In this document: one piece after another, positions 50,349 to 54,194 of the stretch
Layout: every line of letters starts with the position of its first letter
Position numbering within the stretch: position 1 is the stretch's first letter
The notes under the pieces: model-generated
What the model saw: the letters and a program-made list of their open reading frames with translations, nothing else
Databases searched by the model: none
What the model was told of the DNA's origin: nothing
Translations under genes and position numbers: made by a program
NCBI GenBank assembly: GCA_050298595.1
Contig: JBNKUM010000077.1
Coordinates: 1 to 54,194, forward strand
Direction of reading: 5' to 3'
DNA from: Gammaproteobacteria bacterium
GTDB lineage: Bacteria > Pseudomonadota > Gammaproteobacteria > GCA-001735895
DNA length: 54,194 nucleotides

Positions 50349-51190
50349 GCAAACAATGGAAAAATGATCTGAAGGCTCTTTATCAACAAACACGTCAGGA
50401 GTCGCCAGCGCCGGAGCTGAACCAGAAGATTCGACTCGCGGCACAAAAAGCGCTTCAGCGCAAAAGCCCGAATCTTAAATGGTATCTGTCAAGTGCTGCG
50501 GTTGTGTTACTTGCCTTTAACATTGTGTTGTTTATCTTTTTTCCTGAGCCTGAGGTGATTGAAATACCCGGACAGGATGCACCTGTGCCACGTAATGAAA
50601 GGCTATCTAAGGCTCCAGCAATACAGAGTAACACAGCACCAAAGATGGACTCTGAGCTTGCTAGGATTGAAACACAAAAGCTAAGGCAAACTGAAAAACA
50701 GGAACAACGAGAAGTCCTGCAAAATAAATCTACGGCCAGAAAAATGCTACCCGAATTGAATGATGATTTTAATCATTCTTTAAAAAGAGAAACTGAAGAA
50801 ACTAGTCAAGGGATGGAGTTGTATGAATCTTCTGACTCAGAAAAGCCATCATTTGACATCAGGATTCCTAACAATCTTGCTTTTGATATTCATACATTGA
50901 TTACCGGTCATCCAGCTTTAACGGGTCGTCAATTCACAGATAGTCTTGAAATAAACCGAAACAATAAGCTCATCCTTAAAATGAATCGGATTCAACAGGG
51001 GGTACTTATTGAAGCTTATCCAGAGTCTCAACTCTGGGGAGTGTATGCAGAATGGGGGAAAAACACTAATCGCACTTTGAACTGTTCGCAGAAAGAATAT
51101 TTGATTTGTGATCTCACTGATGAAATTCAGGGTGGGTTTGAAAACAACCGTTTAATCTTTATCCGCTGGATTCAAAAAAATGAACCCTGA
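50345..51190 (+). CDS. Putative single-pass anti-sigma factor
   Basis: ATGA overlap with the sigma gene; LYQQ...PAPELNQKIRLAA, then TM (SAAVVLLAF) and a periplasmic tail. Confidence 0.65.
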   Translation: MSKQWKNDLKALYQQTRQESPAPELNQKIRLAAQKALQRKSPNLKWYLSSAAVVLLAFNIVLFIFFPEPEVIEIPGQDAPVPRNERLSKAPAIQSNTAPKMDSELARIETQKLRQTEKQEQREVLQNKSTARKMLPELNDDFNHSLKRETEETSQGMELYESSDSEKPSFDIRIPNNLAFDIHTLITGHPALTGRQFTDSLEINRNNKLILKMNRIQQGVLIEAYPESQLWGVYAEWGKNTNRTLNCSQKEYLICDLTDEIQGGFENNRLIFIRWIQKNEP

Positions 51191-51716
51191 TCGAACATCA
51201 CATGAAAGGTTATTTTTTGCCTTATGGCCTGGTGTTTCTGTACGGCAGCAAATGGTGCAACGCTTAACATCGATTCAGGGAAAACAGAATCAGGGCAGGC
51301 TGGTGAAGCCTGATAACTTGCATATGACATTACATTTTCTGGGGAATATTGATGTTGATCGTATAGACTGTTTTATTAAACAGGCAAAATCGGTCACTCT
51401 AAACCCTTTTGAAATACGTATAAATAATGCGGGTTACTTTAAAAAGCCAAAGGTTTTATGGCTCGGATGTGAAGATATTCCCGTTCAGTTAACTCAATTG
51501 CAGCAAGATCTGGAGCAAGCGCTCAATCATTGTGGATATATCTCAGAACACAGAAAATATCATCCTCATGTGACTGTGGCACGTAAAATAATTGAGCCAG
51601 TTGCAAAGCAATCAATTGAGACAATCAAGTGGACCGTTGATGAGTTTGTTCTGGTAAAGTCGGTAACTCATCCTGCTGGTGTTGAATATCTGGTCAGAGA
51701 CAGATTTGGTAAATGA
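51180..51716 (+). CDS. thpR: RNA 2',3'-cyclic phosphodiesterase (2H family, LigT)
   Basis: RLFFALWP, NLHMTLHFLG, PHVTVAR. Confidence 0.92.
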   Translation: MNPDRTSHERLFFALWPGVSVRQQMVQRLTSIQGKQNQGRLVKPDNLHMTLHFLGNIDVDRIDCFIKQAKSVTLNPFEIRINNAGYFKKPKVLWLGCEDIPVQLTQLQQDLEQALNHCGYISEHRKYHPHVTVARKIIEPVAKQSIETIKWTVDEFVLVKSVTHPAGVEYLVRDRFGK

Positions 51717-51848
51717 AGCAACCGATTTCCCAACTTAAGCTATCCCCTGGATTTAAGCGGTTCAAAAAAACATATATATTGAATTATCCTGAGTTTTTTA
51801 TTTTGAAACTGATAAAATCATGTCACTTTTTTATCTTTGGAGAAAAAT

Positions 51849-52451
51849 ATGCCTACAGAGTTACTCGATCAGGTCATTGGATTAATCGATCAGGCTAATA
51901 GTGAAGATCCCAATAAAGTCGTAGATGAAAATGGAAAAGAATGGCCCAAGGAGTTGCTTTACTCATACCGTATGAGCGAGATGTTAAACAGGTTTGTTGA
52001 ACAACCCGATGAAGTTGCAAAGATAGCGATGCGTGGACAGCATGTCCAGCGTTGGACTTCTCCGCGTAGTGATTACCCAATGGATCGTCAGGGCTACCTG
52101 CAATGGCGTACCAATCTATATAAATTTCACTCAGAAACTACTGCCGGTTTTATGCAGAAGGTTGGATACGATGAAGAATCCATAGATCGAGTAAGAAAAG
52201 CAGTCGGTAAAAAAGGAATTAAGGTGAATCCTGACACTCAACTACTGGAAGATGTCACTGATCTGGTGTTTATCGAATATTATATGCTTGAATTTGCTGG
52301 CAAGCATGCCGAGTACGACGAGGGCAAATGGGTAGATATTATCCGTAAAACCTGGCAAAAAATGTCAGAGCGTGCCCAACAATTTGCTTTGGCGGGCAAT
52401 ATTAAACTACCTGAAGCTTTAATTCCTTTGATTCAGAAAGCTATCGCGTAG
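51849..52451 (+). CDS. DUF4202 protein
   Basis: GGAG RBS; IDQANSEDP, HVQRW..PRSDYP..RQGYLQWR, LLEDV, KTWQKMS. Confidence 0.85.
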   Translation: MPTELLDQVIGLIDQANSEDPNKVVDENGKEWPKELLYSYRMSEMLNRFVEQPDEVAKIAMRGQHVQRWTSPRSDYPMDRQGYLQWRTNLYKFHSETTAGFMQKVGYDEESIDRVRKAVGKKGIKVNPDTQLLEDVTDLVFIEYYMLEFAGKHAEYDEGKWVDIIRKTWQKMSERAQQFALAGNIKLPEALIPLIQKAIA

Positions 52452-52467
52452 ATGGTACTTGATACGG

Positions 52468-52505
52468 AAAAAGCCCTGAACTTTTATCAGTTCAGGACTT
52501 TTTTT
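52468..52505. terminator. Bidirectional terminator
   Basis: aaaaagccctgaact/agttcaggacttttt between convergent genes. Confidence 0.75.
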
Positions 52506-53127
52506 ATTTGAGACTGGTCAAATAGGACGTGATTGCTTCAATATCGTCATTGCTCAATGTTCTGGCTACAGCGCTCATTTGAGTTTCTGCTCGTTTTACT
52601 ACTAATGATGTATAGCTGGAAAGGGTACCTTTTATAAACTCGGCAGGTTGACTCGCAATGCGCGGCAACTCTTCCTTACCATACCCGTCATGTCCGTGAC
52701 AAACAAAACAACGAGTTTCAAAGATACGTTTACCTTTGGCCAGTAATTCGGGTCTGTATTGCTGTTGAGGCTTGACCTTTTGAGTTGAATAAAACAGAGC
52801 GATGTTAACCCGATCTTCCGGGGATAATAATTTGGCGATTTGATTCATCGTTGAATTTGTGCGTTTTCCATCAGCAAAATACTCAAACTGACGAATTAAA
52901 TAAGTAGTATTCTGACCGGCCAGATTAGGGATGGTGGTTTTTACACTGTTACCATCCTCTCCATGGCAATATTTACATAAAAGTGCGCGCGCATTGCCTG
53001 CGTTGATCGATTTCTGCGTTTTAGCGGCATCAACCTTGATTTTGATCAGAGTCTCGAGAAGATCGAGTTCACCTGCCTCTAGTGGCAGAGACAGTGTTAT
53101 TAACAACAAAGAGAGTAAATACTTCAT
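52504..53127 (-). CDS. Dihaem cytochrome c4-like protein
   Basis: Signal peptide; CKYCH and CFVCH; PNLAGQ; candidate axial Met in each domain. Confidence 0.9.
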   Translation of the reverse strand: MKYLLSLLLITLSLPLEAGELDLLETLIKIKVDAAKTQKSINAGNARALLCKYCHGEDGNSVKTTIPNLAGQNTTYLIRQFEYFADGKRTNSTMNQIAKLLSPEDRVNIALFYSTQKVKPQQQYRPELLAKGKRIFETRCFVCHGHDGYGKEELPRIASQPAEFIKGTLSSYTSLVVKRAETQMSAVARTLSNDDIEAITSYLTSLK

Positions 53128-53237
53128 ATGTACCTGCTAGTGTTTTGTAGATTGTATAGCTAAAAAATATTAACAAAACCAGTCTTTTGAGGTTTTCTTG
53201 ATTCAGGTTAGATAAAAACTGTGTTTGAGCTCTCAAA

Positions 53238-53921
53238 TTAGCGCCGAAATACTGCCATCCAGCGCCAGAAATTTAGTAATGATGCAAGTGCACCAGCTAC
53301 ATAAGTCCAGGCAGCAGCTTTAAGAATTTTATTTGCTGCAGGTAGCTGATGGGGTTCAAGATAGCCGGATTTAAGCATCGGCAAGGCCTTATTAAAACTG
53401 GCATCCAGTTCAACGGGTAATGTGATGATCTGTACCGCAATTCCAAACCCCATAATCAAAAATGCCCCGGCGAAACCGATAAGCGCTGCGGGTGGAGCGC
53501 GCGTAATCAGACTCAGTACTGGTGCTGTAAACAACAAAAATGACCCTAAACGTGTTGCCCATACTGAACTATAAGCAAATCGACTGCGCCATAGAAACAA
53601 AGGCTCATTCGCAGCGTGTTGCAGGGCGTGACCACATTCATGGGCAGCAACCGTGATAGCCGTTAGCGTTTTTGCATCGAATTTGTCTTGAGTCAGGCGC
53701 ACGCTTAGTGACTCTGGGTCGTAGTGGTCGCCCAGTTCGGTAGCTTCCACCTTGATATGTGATAATTCAAATCGATCAAGTAAGTGTCGAGCAAACTCAC
53801 CACCAGTGCCAGGAAAATTCTTTTCAGGCTGCTGGTTGTAACGGCTAAGAACCGATTTTACCCAGAACTGTGGCCAGTAAATTAGCAATAGCAGTGCGAC
53901 GAAAATCAAAATATATAACAT
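53238..53921 (-). CDS. Membrane neutral zinc metallopeptidase (YugP-like)
   Basis: DHYDP, VAAHECGHALQH, TLPVELDAS, AAAWTYV; ATG 53921 preferred. Confidence 0.9.
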   Translation of the reverse strand: MLYILIFVALLLLIYWPQFWVKSVLSRYNQQPEKNFPGTGGEFARHLLDRFELSHIKVEATELGDHYDPESLSVRLTQDKFDAKTLTAITVAAHECGHALQHAANEPLFLWRSRFAYSSVWATRLGSFLLFTAPVLSLITRAPPAALIGFAGAFLIMGFGIAVQIITLPVELDASFNKALPMLKSGYLEPHQLPAANKILKAAAWTYVAGALASLLNFWRWMAVFRR

Positions 53922-54194
53922 GCGATAGTTTAACCATATTTGACTTATGAGTGCAGTGTTTAGCTTCAACCTGGGAGCCTGTAAGCCAGTAAACATAATT
54001 TGCCGCATCAACACATCAATGCTGATTAATGTGTTTTTTCTTAAAAAAAATAGGGTGATATATCACTTCATTCAAGAACGGTAAAAAGAAGATTTGCTTC
54101 ATTTACGGTTTGCTTTGCAGATGTTTCATTCAGAATATCAGACTGCATGTAGGTATGTTCAAGATTTTTCCAGTACTTTTAAATGTGAGTAATT

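Overview
Chromosomal window from a Gammaproteobacterium that is probably a sulfur oxidiser (inferred from gene content). 1-4973: 5'-truncated qmoA followed by qmoB-hdrC-hdrB (Qmo/Hdr electron-transfer module linked to APS reductase). 5.1-26.2 kb: mostly core genes (sbcB, PIN-PhoH, nnr-tsaE-amidase, MoxR-DUF58-transglutaminase triad, DUF2892, universal stress protein, gltA, xseA, guaB-guaA-tadA, mltF, yaaA). 26405-26492: tRNA-Ser(GGA), followed by a decayed accessory island with an ISL3 remnant, an IS5/IS1182-like remnant, a frameshifted tyrosine recombinase flanked by GTT(C)AAC/hairpin ends, a pseudogenised secreted protein, gabD and an AGE-family sugar epimerase. 35.9-48.0 kb is the most notable region: a complete Xanthomonas-type DSF quorum-sensing core (rpfG-rpfC convergent with rpfF, no adjacent rpfB) within a larger c-di-GMP cluster. 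That cluster adds an HDOD-histidine kinase with a REC-PAS-GGDEF-EAL partner, a FlhG/MinD-like protein whose P-loop is destroyed, and a periplasmic-sensor diguanylate cyclase. 48-54 kb: VWA lipoprotein-ECF sigma-anti-sigma-thpR operon, DUF4202, dihaem cytochrome c4 and a Zn metallopeptidase. No CRISPR array or rRNA was seen. All calls come from reading motifs by eye; no searches were run.
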